A stretch of DNA of 46,760 bases from contig JACQYJ010000004.1 in the NCBI GenBank assembly GCA_016208525.1, forward strand, positions 1 through 46,760, written 5' to 3'. Below the pieces are notes generated by a model. That model searched no databases. It was not told the origin of the DNA and saw only the letters and a list, made by a program, of their open reading frames with translations. Shown here piece by piece: positions 28,931 through 36,965 of this stretch. Numbering within the stretch: position 1 is the stretch's first letter; every line of letters begins with the position of its first letter. The translations under genes and the position numbers were made by a program. The stretch is from Deltaproteobacteria bacterium. GTDB taxonomy: Bacteria; Desulfobacterota; JAENJC01.

Positions 28931-30052
28931 TTATATGATTATCATCGCATCGCCGTAGCTGTAAAACCTGTATTTTTTTTCAATTGCCTCTCTATATGCC
29001 TTAGATATCAGCTCCTTGCCGGCAAATGCAGAGACCAGCATGAGGAGAGTAGATTTGGGAAGGTGAAAGTTGGTTATCAGGGCGTCTACAACCTTGAAGG
29101 TATAACCTGGATATATAAAAATAGACGTTTTGCCCTTTCCATCCTTGACCCCCCAAACCCCACCCTTGCCCTCTCCCTGAAGGAGTGGGGATAAGGAGGT
29201 GGCTGTTGCCTCCAGGGTACGCAGGGAAGTGGAGCCTACAGCAATCACCCTGCGGCCTTCAGCCTTTGCCCTGTTTATCTTTTCCGCAGAAGCGGAAGGG
29301 ATCTCATACCTTTCCGGGAGCATCCTGTGTTCCTTAATATTCTCAACCCTGACAGGAAGAAAGGTCCCGGGTCCGACATGAAGGGTTACAGGGGCAGTAT
29401 CGATCCCCTTCTCTTTTATCTTTTTTAAAAGGGCGTCAGTGAAGTGAAGGCCGGCGGTAGGCGCCGCCACTGCCCCATTCTTCTCGGCGAATACAGTCTG
29501 GTATCTTTCTTTATCCTGAATTACGGGGACAGTCCCGATTCTACGACTACGCTGCGCTTCGTCCGTAAATCTGGGACAGTCCCCTCCCCTTCTTATGTAC
29601 GGCGGCAGAGGAACCTGCCCGACCTCTTCCAACACCTCTTCAAAAGGCCTGTCGGTATGAAATCTTATCTTAAACCTGCCATCCCCAACCTCTTCCAATA
29701 CCTCGCCCTTCAGATTATCACTGAACTGGATAAACACTCCCGGCCTTATCCTCTTCCCACCGACAAGGCACTCCCAGACATCTTCTCCACCACTATCCCT
29801 TTCTAACAGGAATATCTCGGCCTTTCCTCCGGCGCCCTTTTTCCCGACAAGCCTTGCAGGGATTACTCTGGTGTCATTGATAACAAGAAGGTCTCCGGGC
29901 TTAAGGTAATCTATTATTTCAAAGAAGAGGCGCTGTTCAATCATCCCGCCATCTCTGTTAACAACCATCAGCCTTGAATGGTCCCGCTCCTCACAAGGTT
30001 CCTGGGCTATCAGTTCTTCGGGAAGGGTAAAGCCAAAATCATTAATATTCAT
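28931..30052 (-). CDS. queA: S-adenosylmethionine:tRNA ribosyltransferase-isomerase (with two in-frame repeat insertions)
   Basis: 373 aa with F.LPEELIAQEP..PLPPYI..ERYQTVFA..AAPTAGLHF..IFIYPGY.F..VDALITNFHLPKSTLLMLV. Confidence 0.95.
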   Translation of the reverse strand: MNINDFGFTLPEELIAQEPCEERDHSRLMVVNRDGGMIEQRLFFEIIDYLKPGDLLVINDTRVIPARLVGKKGAGGKAEIFLLERDSGGEDVWECLVGGKRIRPGVFIQFSDNLKGEVLEEVGDGRFKIRFHTDRPFEEVLEEVGQVPLPPYIRRGGDCPRFTDEAQRSRRIGTVPVIQDKERYQTVFAEKNGAVAAPTAGLHFTDALLKKIKEKGIDTAPVTLHVGPGTFLPVRVENIKEHRMLPERYEIPSASAEKINRAKAEGRRVIAVGSTSLRTLEATATSLSPLLQGEGKGGVWGVKDGKGKTSIFIYPGYTFKVVDALITNFHLPKSTLLMLVSAFAGKELISKAYREAIEKKYRFYSYGDAMIII

Positions 30053-31237
30053 TTATGAGCCATTCATCCTCTTGATTGTGACGCCGGGGTAATACCACTT
30101 AAGGATATCTTTGTAGCTCTTGCCTTCCTCTGCCATCCCCTTTGCCCCCCACTGACACATCCCAACCCCGTGCCCGCCTCCGCTTCCGGCAAAGTAGACA
30201 AAATCCTCCTTAATCTTTAAAGTAAAATCAGTGCTCCTGATGTTTTCAAATCCTAGGGCCTCCCTGAAATCCTTGCCCTCTAACACAAAAGAGCCTTTGC
30301 TGTGCCTGATTGATATTCTGGTAACCCTTCCAGAACTGGACCTCTTAAGGATTGAAACCGACTCAATATTGCCTATCCCGCTATTGAAGCGCCTGAGCCT
30401 GTCTCTCAAACCGTTCATATCTATCTTATGCTGCCAGAAGTAGTTGGGGGCCTCGGTACAGTGAGGGTCTTTTATACTCTTTAGATATGGTATCTCCTTT
30501 CCCCACACCTCCAGTGCGGCCTCAGTCTTTCCCCCGCAGGAAGAATGATAAAGGGCCTGGATCATCTCGCCATTATAATAGGCTGCCTCTCCCTCAGTCT
30601 CTTTCACTGCCTGGCGCGCAAGTTCATCCTCGCTGTCAATCCCGCTGTAAACCTGACTTGTAACCGTTGATTCCAGATCATACATTGGATACTTCCTGCT
30701 CTTTTTCTGATAAAGGGCATAAGTCCTGGCAACCACGGCCTGGGCCTTTACTGCCTCCATGGGCCACTTTGATGATATTTCCTGGTTTATGAGGCCAACC
30801 AGATAGTCCTCCAGTTTAAGCTCATTTATCAGGAGCAGACTTGAATTGTCTTTTACTATCTCTATCTTCCCGCGGTAACTCTTCCCATTTACCTTAATAC
30901 CGGGTTCTTTCGATTCTATCTTTAGCGATGAATACAATGTCCCGTTAACAACTATTCCACCTCTGCCGGCCTTTGCCTCAATGTCTGCATTGCTCAGGAT
31001 AGATACCTTATCATTGCCGATCACCCCTGTTATCGCGGCCCCGTCTCCCCCAACGCTTGCCACAGTCCCTTTGTATATGGCAACCCTAACGGTCTCCCGG
31101 GATTCCCAGGCAAACGAAGGATCGTAAAAAAACAGGCAAAAGGTAAAAGATAAAAGGTAAAAGATAAAATACAAACGGTTAGAGGTCTCCTTTTGACCTT
31201 TAACCTTTAGCCTTTCGCCCTTTTCCATCCGATTCAA
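30053..31237 (-). CDS. SpoIID/LytB domain protein
   Basis: 394 aa. EDYL.GL...E....WPMEAVKAQAVVARTYAL..and..YHSSCGG.TE are typical of SpoIID amidase-enhancer / lytic transglycosylase family proteins. The N-terminal ~35 codons lie inside a heptamer hairpin. Start is TTG 31237 or ATG 31228. Confidence 0.8.
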   Translation of the reverse strand: MNRMEKGERLKVKGQKETSNRLYFIFYLLSFTFCLFFYDPSFAWESRETVRVAIYKGTVASVGGDGAAITGVIGNDKVSILSNADIEAKAGRGGIVVNGTLYSSLKIESKEPGIKVNGKSYRGKIEIVKDNSSLLLINELKLEDYLVGLINQEISSKWPMEAVKAQAVVARTYALYQKKSRKYPMYDLESTVTSQVYSGIDSEDELARQAVKETEGEAAYYNGEMIQALYHSSCGGKTEAALEVWGKEIPYLKSIKDPHCTEAPNYFWQHKIDMNGLRDRLRRFNSGIGNIESVSILKRSSSGRVTRISIRHSKGSFVLEGKDFREALGFENIRSTDFTLKIKEDFVYFAGSGGGHGVGMCQWGAKGMAEEGKSYKDILKWYYPGVTIKRMNGS

Positions 31238-31238
31238 A

Positions 31239-32479
31239 CTATTCTCCGCTTACTGTCAGTTCCGATATAAGGAGAGATGGTGCGCCTATCTTACCGAAGA
31301 ACCTGAGGTCATCGCCAAGCGCAGTCACGCTCTTAAGTATATCTATGATATTTCCGGCTATGGCGACCCCTTTTACAGGGTAGGCCTTTTTACCGTTTTC
31401 TATCCATATCCCGGAAGCGCCTACGGAGAAGTCCCCGGATACAGGATTTGCAGTGTGCATCCCCATTGCCTCTGTCACAAAAAGCCCAGTTCCAGCCTTA
31501 TTCAAAAGGAAATCCAAACTAAGGCTTCCCTTTTCTATATAAAGGTTAGTGAGGCCGCAAGACGGCGGGGCCTTGATCCCAGGCCTTACAGCATTGCCTG
31601 TTGACTTGACCCTGTCCTTTTTTGCCGTGTAGACGTCATAGAGGTAACCTTTAAGCACACCGGCCTGAATCAGTGGCGTTCTCTGCCTCGGCACACCTTC
31701 CCCATCCACGGGAGCTGTCCCAATTCCTCCGGGATACAGGCCGTCGTCAAGGATAGTTAAAATTTCTGAGCCAACGGATGCGCCGATCTTGCCTGCAAAA
31801 AGCGACTTGCCCTTCTGGACGGAATCGGCAATGAATGATGAGGCGATAACGCCTAAAAAATCGGCAGCAACACTATTTTCAAGGATGACAGGACAGCGTA
31901 CAGTTTTTATCCGCCTTCCGCCGAGGAGTTGAACGGCATTCTCCGCAGCCCTCTTCCCTATAACTTTCACATCAAGACCGTCATAGAATCTAACTGACTC
32001 AAAATCCGAGCCCATCTCAGACTCCTCGCCCTCCTCAGCGAGTGCAGATACGCTTGCGGAGCAGTACGTCCCTTTGTGATCAATATCTACCCCTCTGGAA
32101 CTAAGTATCGCTACACTGTATTCGGACTCCGAATATGCAGCCTTCCTTACCCTTTTAATCCTGCGGTCAAAAGAAAGGGCCGCATTTTCGAGGGCCTTTG
32201 CCCTTTCGATCTTTTCCTCCTCAGGGACATCCTTCATCCTTGCATCGTAAACTGATACAGAAGGGATTGAACCTCGGCACAGTAAGAAAAACCCTGCCTG
32301 CCGTCGCTGAAGACCCTTAGAGACGCCCCTGTAGTCTCTGAGGCCTCAAAGGAATCAATCTTCCCATCCTTGGATTCGATGGATAGAGAACGGCTGGAGT
32401 TTACATATATCTCGAACTCCTTTATTCCCTTGCTTTTAACCTCAGCATGGACAAGTTTCCTGATCTCGTTTATTTCCAT
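31239..32479 (-). pseudogene. TldD/PmbA-family metalloprotease gene split into two frames (81-aa N-terminal ORF 32234..32479 plus 332-aa ORF 31239..32237)
   Basis: The N-terminal ORF ..GASLRVFSDGRQGFSY matches the PmbA/TldD N-domain. The second ORF has the C-terminal core DGEGVPRQRTPLIQ.G.L..YL.D..and..MH.ANP.SGDFS.GA.G. The two overlap by ATGA, and the second frame stays open upstream of its ATG. Confidence 0.65.
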
Positions 32480-32540
32480 AATTACCTCATTCCTGCTTAT
32501 TTACTAAGGAGAACATAAGTATGACGACATTGTATTTGTC

Positions 32541-32631
32541 ATCTCAAAATCCCCCTCTATCCCCCTTTTCCAAAGGGGGACTTGCTTTCCCCCCTCTTTG
32601 GCAAAGAGGGGTTAGGTGAGATTTTGAAAAT
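32541..32631. repeat. GC-rich palindromic element ('PPLxKGG' family)
   Basis: Sequence is atctcaaaatccccctctatcccccttttccaaagggggacttgctttcccccctctttggcaaagaggggttaggtgagattttgaaaa. Relatives occur at 5338-5373, 10591-10640, 22405-22447 and 29148-29197. Confidence 0.75.
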
Positions 32632-32681
32632 TTATGTCTTCTTACCAATGAACTCCTTAGTATATACCCAAAGATAGATTT

Positions 32682-32770
32682 TACCGCAGAGTCGCAGAGG
32701 CACAGAGAAATCAGCAAAGGTTTTTGTCGCCGTCTCCGTGCCTCTGCGGTAGAGCAGATTCTCTGTTTTT
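32682..32770. repeat. Inverted 'CCGCAGAG(N)CGCAGAG' element
   Basis: The arms are taccgcagagtcgcagaggcacagag and ctccgtgcctctgcggtagag. Single arms occur at 22367-22396 and 43746-43773. Confidence 0.75.
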
Positions 32771-32776
32771 TTGATT

Positions 32777-33226
32777 TTACAGCTCCATCACCATCGCAAT
32801 CTCGTCACAATCCGGGAACTTGGAACATTTGATGCAGTCTCCCCATATCTTGTGCGGGAGCTGCATCTTGTCTATCTCATGGAAACCAAGCTTCTCAAAA
32901 AATACCCTCTGGTATGTCAGGGCAAATACCCTCTTTATCCCGAACTCCCTTGCCTCATCAACGCAGGCCGTTACAAGTTGCTTCCCTATCCCTTTCCTTA
33001 TATGGCGTTCGGCCACAACGAGGGACCTTACCTCGGCCAGGTCGTCCCAGCTTATATGCAGTGCGCAAACGCCGGCTACCTCACCCATTTCTTCATACAC
33101 ATAAAAGTCCCTGAGGTTGTCGTAAAGCTCACTCAGAGAGCGCGGAAGCATCTCACCCTTCTGGGCGTATACCTCCACCATCTTCTGGATATCCTTTACA
33201 TCGCTTATTTTGGCCTTGCGTATCAA
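32777..33226 (-). CDS. GNAT family N-acetyltransferase (short ArgA-like type)
   Basis: 149 aa with the acetyl-CoA motif RHIRKGIGKQLV and a C-terminal Cys-rich tail KIWGDCIKCSKFPDCDE. Confidence 0.8.
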   Translation of the reverse strand: MIRKAKISDVKDIQKMVEVYAQKGEMLPRSLSELYDNLRDFYVYEEMGEVAGVCALHISWDDLAEVRSLVVAERHIRKGIGKQLVTACVDEAREFGIKRVFALTYQRVFFEKLGFHEIDKMQLPHKIWGDCIKCSKFPDCDEIAMVMEL

Positions 33227-33240
33227 ATTCGCTCCTTGTC

Positions 33241-33299
33241 GGGGACAGCCCCTATTCTACGGCTCAGCTTCGCTTCGCCCGTAAATAGGGACAGTCCCC
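33241..33299. repeat. GGGGACAG(C/T)CCC...GGGACAGTCCCC palindromic element (copy 5)
   Basis: Sequence is ggggacagcccctattctacggctcagcttcgcttcgcccgtaaatagggacagtcccc, followed by a CGTCTTA/CGTCTCA heptamer array (33301-33336) that runs into the recN stop region. Confidence 0.8.
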
Positions 33300-33318
33300 T
33301 CGTCTTACGTCTTACGTT

Positions 33319-34992
33319 TTACGTCTCACGTCTCACTGTCTTCAACATCTCCTCCGCATGCTTCTTAGTGGCCTCAGTAATGGTCATCCCCCCAAGCATC
33401 CTGGCCACTTCATCAACTCTTTCATCCCCGCTAAGCCGACTCGCCGTTGTTGTTGTCCTTCCCTTATTCTCTCCCTTTGAAACGGCATAATGGAGGTCTG
33501 CCAAGGCTGCGATCTGCGCAAGGTGGGTGATGCACAGGACCTGCCTTCCTTCAGCCACCTCCCTGAGCTTCCTTCCCACAATCTCGGCAACCCCTCCGCC
33601 AATACCTGAATCCACCTCGTCGAACACCATGGTAGGAACCCCGGTCGGGTTCGCAAGCACCTTTTTCAGCGCCAGCATGATCCGCGAAAGCTCCCCGCCT
33701 GAGGCTATTTTGGAAAGCGGCTTTGGCGCTTCACCAGGATTTGAAGAGAGCAGGAACTCAACCTTGTCAAATCCCTTTGCAGAGATATCGTTCAACCTCT
33801 CCATTTTGACCTCAAATATCGCCTTTTTCATCCCCAGGTCCGAAAGCTCCATTACCACCTTCTTTGTCAGCTCATCTGAACCCTTTTTTCTCTTCTCAGA
33901 AAGCGTTTCAGCTTTCTCCCGACCTTTAGCCTTTAACCTTTCACCTTCTCCTTCCAGCTCCCCTATCCTCTCTTCTGCCCTCTCAATGCCGTCGAGCTCC
34001 CTGTCCACCTCTTCCCTGTATTTCAGTATTTCAGAAACAGAACTCCCGTATTTTCTCTTCAGCCTGCCTATCAGGTCCAGCCTCTCTTCTATCTCATTAA
34101 GCCTTTCAGGATCAAAACTGATCCTGCCTGCATAGTCTCTAAGGGTCAAGGCCGCGTCCTCAATGGATGCGGAGGCAGAGTTTATGGCGTCCAGGGTCAC
34201 CCTCATGGACTCATCAATAATCGAGATATCCGTTACATTTGAACCTGCCTTTTTGATAAGCTCAAGGGCTGAACCGGACTGTGAATAAAGAATCTCCAGG
34301 GCCGTATTGGCAGATTCGTAAAGCCTTTCGGCATTAGAGAGAAGCTTCTTCTCCTCAAGCAGTTCCTCATCTTCATCTACTTTCAGGGCGGCCTTTTCAA
34401 TCTCATCGGACTGGAACCTCAGGAGGTCAACCCTTTTCTCCTTGTCTGCCTCTGACGACTTCAACAACACCAGTTCATCCTTGACCCTGTTCCACTCAGA
34501 ATAGATCCCTGACATCTCCTGACGTAAAGTCCCCAGGACGGCATACTCGTCAAGGACATCAATATGCCTATCTACCTTCATCAAGGTCTGGTGCTCATGC
34601 TGACCGTGGATATCTACAAGGAACTCTCCTACATCGGAGAGCATGGCAATAGTTGCCATAGAGCCATTTATAAAGACCTTGTTCTTGCCGGAAGCAGAAA
34701 TAGTCCTCTTGATAACAAGATTATCGTCCTTCTCAATCCCTATCTCACCAAGTTTTTCACTCACTCCCTTGACATCCGAGATGTCAAAGGCCGCCTCCAC
34801 CACCGCTTCTTCGCACCCGGAGCGTATCATCTCTGAAGATGCCCGGCCCCCAAGGACCAGGTCCACTGCGTCAACGATAATAGATTTCCCAGCCCCCGTC
34901 TCACCGGTAAGGACGTTAAAACCCTTCTCGAAGGCTATGTTAAGGGAGTCTATAATGGCGAAGTTCTTAATATTGAGTTGTGTAAGCATCAA
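33319..34992 (-). CDS. recN: DNA repair protein RecN
   Basis: 557 aa with MLTQLNIKNFAIID..FNVLTGETGAGKSIIVDA, a long coiled-coil, and C-terminal ASGGELSRIMLALK..MVFDEVDSGIGG. Confidence 0.95.
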   Translation of the reverse strand: MMLTQLNIKNFAIIDSLNIAFEKGFNVLTGETGAGKSIIVDAVDLVLGGRASSEMIRSGCEEAVVEAAFDISDVKGVSEKLGEIGIEKDDNLVIKRTISASGKNKVFINGSMATIAMLSDVGEFLVDIHGQHEHQTLMKVDRHIDVLDEYAVLGTLRQEMSGIYSEWNRVKDELVLLKSSEADKEKRVDLLRFQSDEIEKAALKVDEDEELLEEKKLLSNAERLYESANTALEILYSQSGSALELIKKAGSNVTDISIIDESMRVTLDAINSASASIEDAALTLRDYAGRISFDPERLNEIEERLDLIGRLKRKYGSSVSEILKYREEVDRELDGIERAEERIGELEGEGERLKAKGREKAETLSEKRKKGSDELTKKVVMELSDLGMKKAIFEVKMERLNDISAKGFDKVEFLLSSNPGEAPKPLSKIASGGELSRIMLALKKVLANPTGVPTMVFDEVDSGIGGGVAEIVGRKLREVAEGRQVLCITHLAQIAALADLHYAVSKGENKGRTTTTASRLSGDERVDEVARMLGGMTITEATKKHAEEMLKTVRRET

Positions 34993-35032
34993 TGGTCAAA
35001 ATAATAACATAATACAAGGCGTGTATCCAAAT

Positions 35033-35063
35033 AAAAAAGGCGGGGCAAACGCCCCGCCTTTTT
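35033..35063. terminator. Bidirectional intrinsic terminator
   Basis: The 8-bp GC stem ggcggggc / gccccgcc (35039-35046 / 35051-35058) has loop aaac. An A-run lies on the left and a T-run on the right. It sits between hicA (minus strand, upstream) and the recN start region. Confidence 0.7.
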
Positions 35064-35256
35064 ATAATAAATAAACCGACCTGTCCTTTCTTACTGCACC
35101 ATCACCGTCCTGCCGCTGCTCCAGGTGGCAGAAATGTTATTCCAGCTCGAATCCTTGAGGGAGTGCGTTTTTTAAAGCGCGGCGATCTTTACATTGCTGA
35201 ACTTGACGTCCATCCTCCACGCATAAAGATTAAGCGAAGTTTGGCAATTAATTCAG

Positions 35257-35496
35257 CTATAGATAGACTTCAAATTCGCTGCGTGGCACGCCTGATTGAC
35301 GAATGATTGATTGCAGTGTGCCGATCCTGATCTCCGGGTGATCCGGTACCGGCACAGTTGTCGTACTTCCAGCGGCTTTATGCTGCATCACGATATGACT
35401 ACCCCGCCTTCTTACTTCTTCAAATCCATGCTTTTTCAAAATAGCGCAAGTTTCCTTGCCGGAAAGGACTCGCAGCTTACCCAACCGCCACCTCAA
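35257..35496 (-). CDS. hicA: HicA-family mRNA interferase toxin
   Basis: 79 aa with LSGKETCAILKKHGFEEVRRRGSHIVMQH..TTVPVPDH.EI..GTL..I.RQ. Confidence 0.85.
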   Translation of the reverse strand: MRWRLGKLRVLSGKETCAILKKHGFEEVRRRGSHIVMQHKAAGSTTTVPVPDHPEIRIGTLQSIIRQSGVPRSEFEVYL

Positions 35497-35698
35497 GCTG
35501 TGTTATATAAACTTCCTCGTGCAGCCGCGTTCTTAGTTCTTCGGGAGAGGCGCATTCCAAAAAAAGCTCAACCGCCTCCCTCAGATTTTCTCGCGCCTCT
35601 TCAATGCTATTACCCTGGCTTGCAACATCCAGTTCCGGGCAAAGTGAAACGTATCCGTCATTTTCTCGCTCAATAATTGCTGTCAATAAACGGTTCAT
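35477..35698 (-). CDS. hicB: HicB-family antitoxin (short, UPF0150-like)
   Basis: 73 aa with TAIIERENDGYVSLCPELDVASQGNSIEEARENLREAVELFLE. It overlaps hicA by 20 nt. Confidence 0.8.
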   Translation of the reverse strand: MNRLLTAIIERENDGYVSLCPELDVASQGNSIEEARENLREAVELFLECASPEELRTRLHEEVYITQLEVAVG

Positions 35699-35732
35699 TA
35701 TTTATTCCTCCATTCTCATAAAATACAATGCG

Positions 35733-35760
35733 ATTATATCATCCTGATGTCATATTGCAA
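35733..35760 (-). promoter_or_regulatory. Candidate promoter of hicBA
   Basis: Reading the minus strand: TTGCAA (35760-35755), a 16-nt spacer, then TATAAT (35738-35733). SD ggagg precedes ATG 35698. Confidence 0.45.
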
Positions 35761-35886
35761 GAATTTCGAGAAGGTAAAGGATCGCCGGAAACACTGGCAT
35801 TGAAGTTTATGAACTATTATTATCTAAGCAGATCTGGGTCATTCCCTCCTTTTCTGACCACAGGCCACTGACCTCTGAGCGCTTTT

Positions 35887-36738
35887 TTACCTCTCTCCCC
35901 ACTTCAGTTTTTTACGAAGGACCTCGTAATAGTTCCTGTAAGGAGACTTGATAAGATGGATCACCGCATCGGCCTTTTTTACCTCAACAATATCGCCGTA
36001 ATGAAGGGCGGGACCTGCTATCCCGTCGTGGGTTATAAGGATATCCTCCTTTGAAAGAATAGATATGGTTATAACAGAGTCGTCAGAGACAATTACCGGC
36101 CTTTGTGCAAGGGTATGCGGGCATATGGGCGTAAGGGCAAAGGCGTGGAGGGACGGATATATGATAGGGCCGCCAGCTGAAAGGGAATAGGCGGTGGAGC
36201 CTGTTGGGGTGGATACGATAAGGCCGTCGGCCTTATATGTAGTGACATAGTCGCCGTTGATCTTTGTCTCCAGGTCTACGATCCTTGCAGTGCTTCCCCT
36301 GCTTACAAAGACATCATTTAAGACTTCATATCCGGATATCTCTATCCTGTCTCTGATGACTCTGGCTGAGAGCATTACCCTCTCCTCCGTCTCATACTCC
36401 CCTTTCAATACTTTTTCCATCGCAGGATAAAGTTCATGAATAGTTATCTCAGTGAGAAATCCAAGGCTGCCGAGGTTTACCCCCAGGATCGGGATACCTG
36501 TAGCGCCCACAAGCCTTGCAGCAGCGAGAAGAGTGCCGTCTCCGCCCAGGACAAGGAGCATATTGCATTTTGATGCTATCTGATTCATTGGGCAACAACC
36601 GGATATACCCAACAGCGCGCCAAGTCCCTCATCAATAACAGGCTCAATCCCCCTTCCCTTCAGCCAGGGGATCAGCTCTTTTGAAACCTCTACAGTCTGG
36701 GCCTTGTCTGTTTTTGCGATTATCCCTATCCTCTTCAT
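35887..36738 (-). CDS. nadK: NAD+ kinase
   Basis: 283 aa with LVLGGDGTLL..NLG.LGFL..and..DG.IVSTPTGSTAYSLSAGGPI. Confidence 0.9.
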   Translation of the reverse strand: MKRIGIIAKTDKAQTVEVSKELIPWLKGRGIEPVIDEGLGALLGISGCCPMNQIASKCNMLLVLGGDGTLLAAARLVGATGIPILGVNLGSLGFLTEITIHELYPAMEKVLKGEYETEERVMLSARVIRDRIEISGYEVLNDVFVSRGSTARIVDLETKINGDYVTTYKADGLIVSTPTGSTAYSLSAGGPIIYPSLHAFALTPICPHTLAQRPVIVSDDSVITISILSKEDILITHDGIAGPALHYGDIVEVKKADAVIHLIKSPYRNYYEVLRKKLKWGER

Positions 36739-36799
36739 ACCCTTTAATTATCATAACTTCCACCATTTTGTCCATCAAATTGAGGTTGGAAGTAAAGGG

Positions 36800-36910
36800 G
36801 ACGTAAAGGGGACGGTTCTCTTTATTTCTTCTTCTTATCTTTTTTCCTGTCACCGTTTAGTTGAGGACGTAAAGGGGACGGTTCTCTTTATTTCTTCTTC
36901 TTATCTTTTT
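36800..36910. repeat. Two 45-bp direct repeats (period 66 bp) in the nadK-mutS divergent intergenic region
   Basis: gacgtaaaggggacggttctctttatttcttcttcttatcttttt occurs at 36800-36844 and again at 36866-36910. Confidence 0.85.
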
Positions 36911-36965
36911 AGAATACCTCCTCCAAGATTTACTTTGCCCTTCAACTCTGCTAATCTGAATCCCT

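Noticed and set aside
32771-33490. Long antisense ORFs in the track (this one, plus 33527..34135, 40411..41052, 28117..28626, 44018..44473, 16509..16823, 1615..2034 and 5020..5436)
   Set aside because: Each overlaps, on the opposite strand, a gene with strong family signatures. Their compositions are Ser/Pro/Leu-rich, as is typical of shadow frames.
35170-35256. Plus-strand peptide ..KRGDLYIAELD.. resembling the N-terminus of MazF/PemK toxins, as a third TA relic
   Set aside because: The resemblance covers only ~11 residues. The frame then runs antisense through hicA, and there is no start codon or partner gene.
36800-36910. Direct repeats, and the many short tandem arrays elsewhere, as a possible CRISPR array
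   Set aside because: There are only two copies with one 21-bp spacer. The other arrays have a 7-nt period with no spacers, and there are no cas genes in the window.
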